In this document: piece after piece, positions 1 to 14,579 of the stretch
How positions within the stretch are numbered: the first letter of the stretch is position 1
Layout of the letters: the number at the start of each line of letters is the position of its first letter
Source of the DNA: Eledone cirrhosa
Lineage: Eukaryota
Length of the DNA stretch: 64,000 bases
Assembly (NCBI GenBank): GCA_964016885.1
Contig: OZ024742.1
Span: 7,998,001-8,062,000 of the forward strand
Direction of reading: 5' to 3'
The notes under the pieces: model-generated
What the model saw: only the letters and a program-made list of their open reading frames with translations
Told to the model about the DNA's origin: nothing
The model's database searches: none
Translations under genes and position numbers: made by a program

Positions 1-3000
1 TTATATCAATACTGCACCACTATGACTCCCTCATAAAACACAGCAACATGTACATAGGAAGTTCTTATATCAATACGGCACGACTATGACTCCCACAGGA
101 GACAGTAATATGTACTTAGGAACGCTTATATCAATACGGCACCACTATGATTCCCTCAGGAGACACAGTAAGATCTACCTAGGAACGTCCTATATCAATA
201 CTGCACCACTGAGACTCCCTTAGGAGACACAGTAACATGTACATAGGAACGTCTTATATCAATACGGCACCACTATGACTCCCTCAGGAGACACAGTAAG
301 ATCTACCTAGGAACGTCCTATATCAATACTGCACCACTGAGACTCCCTTAGGAGACACAGTAACATGTACCTAGGAACTTCCTATATCAAAACGGACCAC
401 TATAACTGCCTCAGGAGACACAGTAACATGTACCTAGGAAAGTCTTATATCAATACAGCACCACTATGACTCCCTCAGGAGACACAGTAACATATTCATA
501 GGAACGTCTTATATCAATACGGCACCACAATGTCTCCCTCAGGCGACACAGTAACATGTACATAGGAAGGTCTTAAATCAATACGTCACCATTATGACTC
601 CCTCAGGAGACAGTAATATGTACTTAGGAACGCTTATATCAATACGGCACCACTATGATTCCCTCAGGAGACACAGTAACATGTACCTAGGAACGTCTTA
701 TATCAATACGACACCACTATGACTCCCTCAGGAGACACAGTAAGATGTACCTAGGACCGTCTTATTTCAATACTGCACCACTGTGACTCCCTCATGAAAC
801 ACAGCAATATGTACCTAGGAACGTCTTATATCAATACGACACCACTATGACTCCCTCAGGAGACAGTAATATGTACTTAGGAACGCTTATATCAATACTG
901 CACCACTGTGACTCCCTCAGGAGACACAGTAACATGTACCTAGGAAATTCTTATATCAATACGGAACCAGTATGACTCCCTCAGGAGACAGAGAAACATG
1001 TACCTAGGAACGTCTTATATCAATACGGCACCACTATGACTCCCTCAGGAGACACAGTAACATGTACCTAGGAACGTCCTATATCAGTACGGCACCTCTA
1101 TGACTCCCTCAAGAGACACAGTAACATGTACCTAGGAACGTCTTATATAAATACGGCACCACTATGACTCCCTCAGGTGACACAGTAACATGTACCTAGG
1201 AACGTTTTATATCAATACGGCACCACTATGACTCCCTCGGAGAAACAGTAACATGTACCTAGGAACGTCTTATATCAATACGGCACCACTATGAGTCCCT
1301 CAGGTAACACAGTAACATGTACCTAGGAGCGTCTTATATCAATACTGCACCACTATGACTCCCTCATGAGACACAGTAACATGTACCTATGAACGTCTTA
1401 TATCAATACGGCACCAATATGTCTCCCTCAGGAGACACAGTAACATGTACCTAGGAACGTCTTATATCAATACGGCACCACTATGAATCCCTGAGGAGAC
1501 GCAGTAACATGTACCTAGGAACGTCTTATATCAATACGGCACCACTGTGACTCCCTCAGGTGACACAGTAACATGTACCTAGGAACGTCTTATATCAATA
1601 CGGCACCACTATGAATCCCTGAGGAGACGCAGTAACATGTACCTAGGAACGTCTTATATCAATACGGCACCACTATGAGTCCCTCAGGTAACACAGTAAC
1701 ATGTACCTAGGAGCGTCTTATATCAATACTGCACCACTATGACTCCCTCAGGTGACACAGTAACATGTACCTAGAAACGCCTTATATCAATACGGCACCA
1801 CTATGACTCCATCAGGAGACACAGTAACATATTCATAGGAACGTCTTATATCAATACGGCACCACAATGTCTCCCTCAGGCGACACAGTAACATGTACAT
1901 AGGAAGGTCTTAAATCAATACGTCACCATTATGACTCCCTCAGGAGACAGTAATATGTACTTAGGAACGCTTATATCAATACGGCACCACTATGATTCCC
2001 TCAGGAGACACAGTAACATGTACCTAGGAACGTCTTATATCAATACGACACCACTATGACTCCCTCAGGAGACACAGTAAGATGTACCTAGGACCGTCTT
2101 ATTTCAATACTGCACCACTGTGACTCCCTCATGAAACACAGCAATATGTACATAGGAAGGTCTTAAATCAATACGTCACCATTATGACTCCCTCAGGAGA
2201 CAGTAATATGTACTTAGGAACGCTTATATCAATACTGCAGCACTATGATTCCCTCAGGAGACACAGTAACATGTACCTAGGAACGTCTTATATCAATACG
2301 GCACCACTATGACTCCCTCAGGAGACACAGTAACATGTACCTAGGAACGTCCTATATCAATACTGCACCACTGTGACTCCCTCAGGAGACACAGTAACAT
2401 GTACCTAGGAACGTCTTATTTCAATACGGCACCACTATGAATCCCTCAGGAGACTCAGTAACATGTACCTAGGAACGTCCTATATCAATACGGACCACTA
2501 TAACTCCCTCAGGAGACACAGTAACATGTACCTAGGAACGTCTTATATCAATACAGCACCACTATGACTCCCTCAGGAAACACAGTAACATGTACATAGG
2601 AACGTCTTATATCAATACGGCACCACTATGTCTCCCTCAGGAGACACAGTAACATGTACCTAGGAACGTCTGATATCAATACGGCACCACTATGATTCCA
2701 TCAGGAGACACAGTTACATATACATAGGAACGTTGTATATCAATACGGCACCACTATGACTCCCTCAGGAGACACAGTAACATGTACCTAGGAACGTCCT
2801 ATATCAATACTGCACCACTGAGACCCCCTTAGGAGACACAGTAACATGTACATAGGAACGTCTTATATCAATACGGCACAACTATGACTCCCTCAGGAGA
2901 CATTAATATGTTCCTAGGAATGCTTATATCAATACGGCACCACTATAAGCCCCTCGGGAGACACAGTAACATGTATCTAGGAACGCCTTATATCAATACA

Positions 3001-6000
3001 GCACCACTATGACACCCTCAGGAGACACAGTAAGATGTACCTAGGACCGTCTTATATCAATACTGCACCACTGTGACTCCCTCATGTGACACAGCAACAT
3101 GTACCTAGGAACGTCTTATATCAATACGGCACCACTATGATTCCCTCAGGAGACACAGTAACATGTACCTAGGAACGTCTTATATCAATACGGCACCACC
3201 ATGACTCCCTCAGGAGACTCAATAATATGTACCTAGGAACGTCTTATCTCAATACGGCACCACTATGACTCCTTCAGGAGACAGTAATATGTAGCTAGGA
3301 ACGTTTTATATCAATACTGCACCTCTATGACTCCCTCAGGAGACACAGTAAGATGTACCTAAGACCGTCTTATATCAATACGGCACCACTATGATTCCCT
3401 CAGGAGACTCAGTAACATGTACCTAGGAACGTCCTATATCAATACGGACCACTATAACTCCCTCAGGAGACACAGTAACATGTACCTAGGAACGTCTTAT
3501 ATCAATACGGCACCACTATGACTCCCTCAGGAAACACGGTAACATGTACATAGGAACGTCCTATATCAATACGGACCACTATAACTCCCTCAGGAGACAC
3601 AGTAACATATACCTAGGAACGTCTTATATCAATACGGCACCACTATGACTCCCTCAGGAGACACAGTATGATGTACCTAGGACCGTCTTATATCAATACT
3701 GCACAACTGTGACTCCCTCATGTAACACAGCAACATGTACCTAGGAACGTCTTATATCAATACGGCACCACTATGACTCCCTCAGGAGACACAGTAACAT
3801 GTACCTAGGTACGTTCTATATAAATATGGCACCCCTATGACTCCCTCAGGAGACACAGTAACATGTATATAGGAACGTCTTATATCAATACGGCACCACT
3901 ATGACTCCCTCAGGAGACACAGTAACATGTACATGGGAACGTCTTATATCAATAAGGCACCATTATGATTCCCTCAGGAGACACAGTAATATGTACATAG
4001 GAACGTCTTATATCAATACGGCAACACTATGACTCCCTCAGGAGACAGTAACATGTACCTAGGAACGTCTTATATCAATACTGCACCTCTATGACTCCCT
4101 CAGGAGACACAGTATTATGTACCTAGGACCGTCTCATATCGATACTGCACCACTGTGACTCCCTCGGGAGACACAGTAAGATGTACCTAGGACCGTCTCA
4201 TATCGATACTGCACCACTGTGACTCCCACATTAAACACAGCAACATGAACCTAGGAACGTCTTATATCAATACGGCACCACTATGACTCCCTCAGGAGAC
4301 AGTAATATGTACCTAGGACCGTCGTATATCAATACTGCACCTCTATGACTCCCTCAGGAGACACAGTAATATGTACCTAGGAACGCCTTATATCAATACG
4401 GCACCACTATGACTCCCCCAGGAGACACAGTAAGATGTACCTAGGACCGTCTTATATCAATACTGCACCACCGTGAATCCCTCATGAAACACAGCAACAT
4501 GTACATAGGAAGGTCTTATATCAATACGGCACCACTATGACTCCCTCTGGAGCTACAGTAACATGTACCTAGGAACGTCTTATATCAATACGGCACCACT
4601 ATGACTCCCTCAGGAGACACAGTAACATGTACCTAGGAACGTCTTATATCAACACGGCACCACTATGACTCCCTCAGGAGACACAGTATCATGTACCTAG
4701 GAACGTCCTATATCAATACGGCACCACTGTGACTCCCTCAGGAGACACAGTAACATGTACCTAGGAACGTCTTATATAAATACGGCACCACTATGACTCC
4801 CTCGGGTGACACAGTAACTTGTACCTAGGAACGTCTTATATCAATATGGCACCACTATGTCTCCCTCAGGAGACACAGTAATATGTACATAGGAATGTCT
4901 TATATAAATACGGCACCACCATGACTCCCTCAGGAGACAATAATATGTAGCTAGGAACGTCTTATATCAATACTGCACCTCTATGACTCCCTCAGGAGAC
5001 ACAGTAATATGTACCTAGGAACGGCTTATATCAATACGGCACCACTATGACTCCCTCAGTAGACTCAGTAACATCTACCTAGGAACGTCCTATATCAATA
5101 CGGACCACTATAACTCCCTCAGGAGACACAGTAACATGTACCTAGGAACGTCTTATCTCAATACGGCAACACTATGACTCCCTCAGGAGACACAGTAAGA
5201 TGTACCTAGGACCGTCTTATATCAATACTGCACCACTATGACTCCCTCATAAAACACAGCAACATGTACATAGGAAGTTCTTATATCAATACGGCACGAC
5301 TATGACTCCCACAGGAGACAGTAATATGTACTTAGGAACGCTTATATCAATACGGCACCACTATGATTCCCTCAGGAGACACAGTAAGATCTACCTAGGA
5401 ACGTCCTATATCAATACTGCACCACTGAGACTCCCTTAGGAGACACAGTAACATGTACATAGGAACGTCTTATATCAATACGGCACCACTATGACTCCCT
5501 CAGGAGACACAGTAAGATCTACCTAGGAACGTCCTATATCAATACTGCACCACTGAGACTCCCTTAGGAGACACAGTAACATGTACCTAGGAACGTCCTA
5601 TATCAAAACGGACCACTATAACTGCCTCAGGAGACACAGTAACATGTACCTAGGAAAGTCTTATATCAATACAGCACCACTATGACTCCCTCAGGAGACA
5701 CAGTAACATATTCATAGGAACGTCTTATATCAATACGGCACCACAATGTCTCCCTCAGGCGACACAGTAACATGTACATAGGAAGGTCTTAAATCAATAC
5801 GTCACCATTATGACTCCCTCAGGAGACAGTAATATGTACTTAGGAACGCTTATATCAATACGGCACCACTATGATTCCCTCAGGAGACACAGTAACATGT
5901 ACCTAGGAACGTCTTATATCAATACGACACCACTATGACTCCCTCAGGAGACACAGTAAGATGTACCTAGGACCGTCTTATTTCAATACTGCACCACTGT

Positions 6001-8875
6001 GACTCCCTCATGAAACACAGCAATATGTACCTAGGAACGTCTTATATCAATACGACACCACTATGACTCCCTCAGGAGACAGTAATATGTACTTAGGAAC
6101 GCTTATATCAATACTGCACCACTGTGACTCCCTCAGGAGACACAGTAACATGTACCTAGGAAATTCTTATATCAATACGGAACCAGTATGACTCCCTCAG
6201 GAGACAGAGAAACATGTACCTAGGAACGTCTTATATCAATACGGCACCACTATGACTCCCTCAGGAGACACAGTAACATGTACCTAGGAACGTCCTATAT
6301 CAGTACGGCACCTCTATGACTCCCTCAAGAGACACAGTAACATGTACCTAGGAACGTCTTATATAAATACGGCACCACTATGACTCCCTCAGGTGACACA
6401 GTAACATGTACCTAGGAACGTTTTATATCAATACGGCACCACTATGACTCCCTCGGAGAAACAGTAACATGTACCTAGGAACGTCTTATATCAATACGGC
6501 ACCACTATGAGTCCCTCAGGTAACACAGTAACATGTACCTAGGAGCGTCTTATATCAATACTGCACCACTATGACTCCCTCATGAGACACAGTAACATGT
6601 ACCTATGAACGTCTTATATCAATACGGCACCAATATGTCTCCCTCAGGAGACACAGTAACATGTACCTAGGAACGTCTTATATCAATACGGCACCACTAT
6701 GAATCCCTGAGGAGACGCAGTAACATGTACCTAGGAACGTCTTATATCAATACGGCACCACTGTGACTCCCTCAGGTGACACAGTAACATGTACCTAGGA
6801 ACGTCTTATATCAATACGGCACCACTATGAATCCCTGAGGAGACGCAGTAACATGTACCTAGGAACGTCTTATATCAATACGGCACCACTATGAGTCCCT
6901 CAGGTAACACAGTAACATGTACCTAGGAGCGTCTTATATCAATACTGCACCACTATGACTCCCTCAGGTGACACAGTAACATGTACCTAGAAACGCCTTA
7001 TATCAATACGGCACCACTATGACTCCATCAGGAGACACAGTAACATATTCATAGGAACGTCTTATATCAATACGGCACCACAATGTCTCCCTCAGGCGAC
7101 ACAGTAACATGTACATAGGAAGGTCTTAAATCAATACGTCACCATTATGACTCCCTCAGGAGACAGTAATATGTACTTAGGAACGCTTATATCAATACGG
7201 CACCACTATGATTCCCTCAGGAGACACAGTAACATGTACCTAGGAACGTCTTATATCAATACGACACCACTATGACTCCCTCAGGAGACACAGTAAGATG
7301 TACCTAGGACCGTCTTATTTCAATACTGCACCACTGTGACTCCCTCATGAAACACAGCAATATGTACATAGGAAGGTCTTAAATCAATACGTCACCATTA
7401 TGACTCCCTCAGGAGACAGTAATATGTACTTAGGAACGCTTATATCAATACTGCAGCACTATGATTCCCTCAGGAGACACAGTAACATGTACCTAGGAAC
7501 GTCTTATATCAATACGGCACCACTATGACTCCCTCAGGAGACACAGTAACATGTACCTAGGAACGTCCTATATCAATACTGCACCACTGTGACTCCCTCA
7601 GGAGACACAGTAACATGTACCTAGGAACGTCTTATTTCAATACGGCACCACTATGAATCCCTCAGGAGACTCAGTAACATGTACCTAGGAACGTCCTATA
7701 TCAATACGGACCACTATAACTCCCTCAGGAGACACAGTAACATGTACCTAGGAACGTCTTATATCAATACAGCACCACTATGACTCCCTCAGGAAACACA
7801 GTAACATGTACATAGGAACGTCTTATATCAATACGGCACCACTATGTCTCCCTCAGGAGACACAGTAACATGTACCTAGGAACGTCTGATATCAATACGG
7901 CACCACTATGATTCCATCAGGAGACACAGTTACATATACATAGGAACGTTGTATATCAATACGGCACCACTATGACTCCCTCAGGAGACACAGTAACATG
8001 TACCTAGGAACGTCCTATATCAATACTGCACCACTGAGACCCCCTTAGGAGACACAGTAACATGTACATAGGAACGTCTTATATCAATACGGCACAACTA
8101 TGACTCCCTCAGGAGACATTAATATGTTCCTAGGAATGCTTATATCAATACGGCACCACTATAAGCCCCTCGGGAGACACAGTAACATGTATCTAGGAAC
8201 GCCTTATATCAATACAGCACCACTATGACACCCTCAGGAGACACAGTAAGATGTACCTAGGACCGTCTTATATCAATACTGCACCACTGTGACTCCCTCA
8301 TGTGACACAGCAACATGTACCTAGGAACGTCTTATATCAATACGGCACCACTATGACTCCCTCAGGAGACACAGTAACATGTACCTAGGAACGTCTTATA
8401 TCAATACGGCACCACCATGACTCCCTCAGGAGACTCAATAATATGTACCTAGGAACGTCTTATCTCAATACGGCACCACTATGACTCCTTCAGGAGACAG
8501 TAATATGTAGCTAGGAACGTTTTATATCAATACTGCACCTCTATGACTCCCTCAGGAGACACAGTAAGATGTACCTAAGACCGTCTTATATCAATACGGC
8601 ACCACTATGATTCCCTCAGGAGACTCAGTAACATGTACCTAGGAACGTCCTATATCAATACGGACCACTATAACTCCCTCAGGAGACACAGTAACATGTA
8701 CCTAGGAACGTCTTATATCAATACGGCACCACTATGACTCCCTCAGGAAACACGGTAACATGTACATAGGAACGTCCTATATCAATACGGACCACTATAA
8801 CTCCCTCAGGAGACACAGTAACATATACCTAGGAACGTCTTATATCAATACGGCACCACTATGACTCCCTCAGGA
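1..8875. repeat. Near-identical segmental duplication, 1-3659 vs 5217-8875 (offset 5216 bp, ~82 monomers)
   Basis: The rare variant string CTCATAAAACACAGCAAC...GGAAGTTCTT occurs at ~30 and ~5246. The offset is still 5216 at 3605/8821. The copies part at ~3660/8876. Only about two substitutions were noticed (~379, ~3141). Confidence 0.93.
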
Positions 8876-10840
8876 AACACAGTAACATGTACATAGGAAC
8901 GTCTTATATCAATACGGCACCACTATGTCTCCCTCAGGAGACACAGTAACATGTACATAGGAACGTCTTATATCAATACGGCACCACTATGATTCCCTCA
9001 GGAGACACAGTTACATATACATAGGAACGTTGTATATCAATACGGCACCACTATGAATCCCTCAGGAGACAGTAATATGTACCTAGGAACGCTTATATCA
9101 ATACGGCACCACTATGATTCCCTCAGGAGACACAGTAACATGTACCTAGGAAAGTCTTATATCAATACGGCACCACTATGATTCCCTCAGGAGACACAGT
9201 TACATATACATAGGAACGTTGTATATCAATACGTCACCACTATGACTCCCTCAGGAGACAGTAATATGTACCTAGGAACGCCTTATATCATAACGGCACC
9301 ACTATGACTCCACCAGGAGACACAGTAAGATGTACCTAGGACCGTCTTATATCAATACTGCACCACTGTGACTACCTCATGAAACACAGCAACATGTACA
9401 TAGGAAGGTCTTATATCAATACGGCACCACTATGACTCCCTCAGGAGACAGTAATATGTACCTAGGACCGTCTTATATCAATACTGCACCTCTAGGACTC
9501 CCTCAGGAGACACAGTAACATGTACCTAGGAACGCCTTATCTCAATACGGCACCACTATGACTCCATCAGGAGACACAGTATGATGTACCTAGGACCGTC
9601 TTATATCAATACTGCACCACTGTGACACACTCATGAAACACAGCAACATGTACATAGGAAGGTCTTAAATCATTACGGCACCACTATGACTCCCTCGGGA
9701 GACAGTAATATGTACCTAGGAACGCTTATATCAATACGGCACCACTATGATTCCCTCGGGAGACACAGTAACATGTACCTAGGAAAGTCTTATATCAATA
9801 CGGCACCACTATGACTCCCTCAGGAGACACAGTAAGATGTACCTAGGACCGTCTTATATCAATTCTGCACCACTGTGACTCCCACATGTAACACAGCAAC
9901 ATGTACCTAGGAACGTCTTATATCAATACGGCACCACTATGACTCCCTCAGGAGACACAGTAACATGTACCTAGGAACGTTCTATATAAATATGGCACCA
10001 CTATGACTCCCTCAGGAGACACAGTAACATGTACATAGGAACGTCTCATATCAATACGGCACCACTATGACTCCCCCAGGAGACTCAGTAATATGTACCT
10101 AGGAACGTCTTATCTCAATACGGCACCACTATGACTCCCACAGGAGACAAAGTAACATGTACCTGGGAACGTCTTATATCAATAAGGCACCATTATGATT
10201 CCCTCAGGAGACACAGTAACATGTACATAGGAACGTCTTATATCAATACGGCACCACTATGACTCCCTCAGGAGACAGTAACAAGTACCTAGGAACGTCT
10301 TATATCAATACTGCACCTCTATGACTCCCTCAGGAGACACAGTAATATGTACCTAGGAACGTCTTATAACAATACGGCACCACTATGACTCCCTCAGGAG
10401 ACTCAGTAAGATGTACCTAGGACCGTCTTATATCAATACTGCACCACTGTGACTCCCACATGAAACACAGCAACATGTACCTAGGAACGTCTTATATCAA
10501 TACGGCACCACTATGACTCCCTCAGGAGACAGTAATATGTACCTAGGACCGTCTTATCTCAATACGGCACCACTATGACTCCCTCAGGAGACAAAGTAAC
10601 ATGTACCTGGGAACGTCTTATATCAATAAGGCACCATTATGATTCCCCCAGGAGACACAGTAACATGTACATAGGAACGTCTCATATCAATACGGCACCA
10701 CTATGACTCCCTCAGGAGACTCAGTATGATGTACCTAGGACCGTCTTATATCAATACTGCACCACTGTGAATCTCACATGAAACACAGCAACATGTACCT
10801 AGGGACGTCTTATATCAATACGGCACCACTATGACTCCCT

Positions 10841-11400
10841 CAGGAGACAGTACCTAGGACCTAGGACCGTCGTATATCAACATGTACCTAGGACCGTCGT
10901 ATATCAATAGTGCAACTCTATGACTCCCTCAGGAGACACAGTAATATGTACCTAGGAACGCCTTATATCAATACGGCACCACTATGATTCCCTCAGGAGA
11001 CACAGTAAGATGTATCTAGGACCGTCTTATATCAATACTGCACCACTGTGACTCCCTCAGGAGACACAGTAACATGTACCTAGGAAATTCTTATATCAAT
11101 ACGGCACCACTATGACTCCATCAGGAGACAGTACCTAGGACCTAGGACCGTCGTATATCAACATGTACCTAGGACCGTCGTATATCAATACTGCAACTCT
11201 ATGACTCCCTCAGGAGACACAGTAATATGTACCTAGGAACGCCTTATATCAATACGGCACCACTATGATTCCCTCAGGAGACACAGTAAGATGTATCTAG
11301 GACCGTCTTATATCAATACTGCACCACTGTGACTCCCTCAGGAGACACAGTAACATGTACCTAGGAAATTCTTATATCAATACGGAACCAGTATGACTCC
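10841..11400. repeat. Two copies (281-bp period) of a 4-monomer unit containing an 89-bp rearranged monomer
   Basis: GGAGACAGTA-CCTAGGA-CCTAGGACCGTCGTATATCA-ACATGTACCTAGGACCGTCGTATATCAA has its GTACC junction at 10850 and 11131. 281 = 3x64 + 89. Confidence 0.92.
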
Positions 11401-11559
11401 CTCAGGAGACACAGTAACATGTACCTAGGAAATTCTTATATCAATACGGAACCAGTATGACTCCCTCAGGAGACAGTAATATGTACCTAGGACCGTCTTA
11501 TATCAATACTGCACCTCTATGACTCCCTCAGGAGACACAGAAACATGTACCTAGGAACG

Positions 11560-12115
11560 TCTTATATCAATACGGCACCACTATGACTCCCTCAGGAGAC
11601 ACAGCAACATGTACCTAGGAACGTCTTATATCAATACGGCACCACTATGACTCCCTCAGGAGACACAGTAACATGTACCTAGGAACGTCCTATATCAATA
11701 CGGCACCACTATGAATCCCTCAAGAGACACAGTAACATGTACCTAGGAACGTCTTATATCAATACGGCACCACTATGACTCCCTCAGGAGACACAGCAAC
11801 ATGTACCTAGGAACGTCTTATATCAATACGGCACCACTATGACTCCCTCAGGAGACACAGTAACATGTACCTAGGAACGTCCTATATCAATACGGCACCA
11901 CTATGAATCCCTCAAGAGACACAGTAACATGTACCTAGGAACGTCTTATATCAATACGGCACCAACATGACTCCCTCAGGTGACACAGCAACATGTACCT
12001 AGGAACGTCTTATATCAATACGGCACCACTATGACTCCCTCAGGAGACACAGTAACATGTACCTAGGAACGTCCTATATCAATACGGCACCACTATGAAT
12101 CCCTCAAGAGACACA
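11560..12115. repeat. Local trimeric higher-order repeat (192 bp x3)
   Basis: GAATCCCTCAAGAG at 11713, 11905 and 12097, exactly 192 bp apart, each with CAGCAAC and GTCCTAT markers in the same order. Confidence 0.85.
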
Positions 12116-14579
12116 GTAAGATGTACCTAGGACCGTCTTATATCAATACTGCACCACTGTGACTACCTCATGAAACACAGCAACATGTACATAGGAAGGT
12201 CTTATATCAATACGGCACCACTATGACTCCCTCAGGAGACAGTAATATGTACCTAGGAATGCTTATAACAATACGGCACCAATATGATTCCCTCAAGAGA
12301 CACAGTAACATGTACCTAGGAACGTCTTATATCAATACGGCAGCACTATGATTCCCTCAGGAGACACAGTAAGATGTACCTAGGACCGTCTTATATCAAT
12401 ACTGCACCACTGTGACTCCCTCATGTAACACAGCAACATGTACCTAGGAACGTCTTATATCAATACGGCACCACTATGAATCCCTCACGAGACACAGCAA
12501 CATGTACCTAGGAACGTCTTATATCAATACGGACCACTATAACTCCCTCAGGAGACACAGCAACATGTACCTAGGAACGTCTTATATCAATACGGCACCA
12601 CTATGTCTCCCTCAGGAGACACAGTAACATGTACCTAGGAACGTCTTATATCAATACGGCACCACTATGTCTCCCTCAGGAGACACAGTAAGATGTACCT
12701 AGGACCGTCTTATATCAATACGGCACCACTATGACTCCCACATGTATCACAGCAACATGTACCTAGGAATGTCTTATATCAATACGTCACCACTATGACT
12801 CCCTCAGGAGACACAGTAACATGTACATAGGAACGACTCATATCAATACGGCACCACTATGACTCCCTCAGGAGACTCAGTAATATGTACCTGGGAACGT
12901 CTTATATCAATAAGGCACCATTATGATTCCCTCAGGAGACACAGTAACATGTAACTAGGAACGTCTTATATCAATACGTCACCACTATGACTCCCTCAGG
13001 AGACACAGTAAGATGTACCTAGGACCGTCTTATATTAATACTGCACCACTGTGACTCCCTCATGAAACACAGCAACATGTACGTAGGAACGTCTTATATC
13101 AATACGGCACCACTATGATTCCCTCAGGAGACACAGTAACATGTACCTAGGAACGTCCTATATCAATACTGCACCACTGTGACTCCCTCAGGAGACACAG
13201 TAACATGTACCTAGGAACGTCTTATTTCAATACGGCACCACTATAACTCATTCAGGAGACACAGTAACATGTACCTAGGAACCTCCTATATCAATACGGC
13301 ACCACTATGACTCCGTCAGGAGACACAGTTACATGCACCTAGGAACGTTCTATATCAATACGGCACCACTATGACTCCCTCGTGAGACACATTGACATGT
13401 ACCTAGGAACGTCTTATATCAATACGGCACCACTATGAATCCCTCAGGAGACTCAGTAACATGTACCTAGGAACGTCTTATATCAATACGGCACCACTAT
13501 GACTCCCTCAAGAGACACAGTAACATGTACCTAGGAACGTCTTATATCAATACGGCCCCACTATGACTCGCACAGGAGACACAGTGACATGTACCTAGGA
13601 ACGTCTTATTTCAATACGGCACCACTATAACTCATTCAGCAGACACAGTAACATGTACCTAGGAACTTCCTATATCAATACGGCACCACTATGACTCCCT
13701 CACGAGACACAGTAACATGTACCTAGGAACGTCTTATATCAATACGGCACCACTATGACTCCCTCAGGAGACACAGTAAGATGTACCTAGGACCGTCTTA
13801 TATCAATACTGCACCACTGTGACTCCCTCATGAAACACAGCAACATGTACCTAGGACCGTCTTATATCAATACGGCACCACTATGATTCCCTCAGGAGAC
13901 ACAGTAAGATGTATCTATGACCGTCTTATATCAATACGGAACCAGTATGACTCCCTCAGGAGACACAGAATCATGTACCTAGGAACGTCTTATATCAATA
14001 CGGCACCACTATGACTCCCTCAGGTGACACAGTAACATGTACCTAGGAACGTTTTATATCAATACGGCACCACTATGACTCCCTCATGAGACACAGTAAC
14101 ATGTACCTAGGAACGTCTTATATCAATACGGCACCACTATGAATCCCTGAGAAGACGCAGTAACATGTACCTAGGAACGCCTTATATCAATACGGCACCA
14201 CTATGAATCCATCAGGAGACACAGTAAGATGTACCTAGGACCGTCTTATATCAATACTGCACCACTGTGACTACCTCATGAAACACAGCAACATATACAT
14301 AGGAAGGTCTTATATCAATACGGCACCACTATGACTCCCTCAGGAGACAGTAATATGTACCTAGGAACGCTTATAACAATACGGCACCACTATGATTCCC
14401 TCAGGAGACACAGTAACATGTACCTAGGAACGTCCTATATCAATACGGCACCACTATGACTCCCTCAGGAGACACAGTAACATGTACCTAGGAACGTCCT
14501 ATATCAACACGGCACCACTATGACTCCCTCAGGAGACACAGTAACATGTATCTAGGAACGTCTTATATCAATACGGCAC

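Noticed and set aside
4579-4590. TATA-like or -10-like promoter element (CTTATATCAAT; TTATATAAATA variants)
   Set aside because: It is an AT-rich part of the monomer with no downstream gene or other supporting element.
4561-4624. Ancestral sub-repeat within the monomer (ATGTACCTAGGA vs ATGACTCCCTCAGGA)
   Set aside because: The similarity is short and needs gaps, so it cannot be distinguished from chance by eye.
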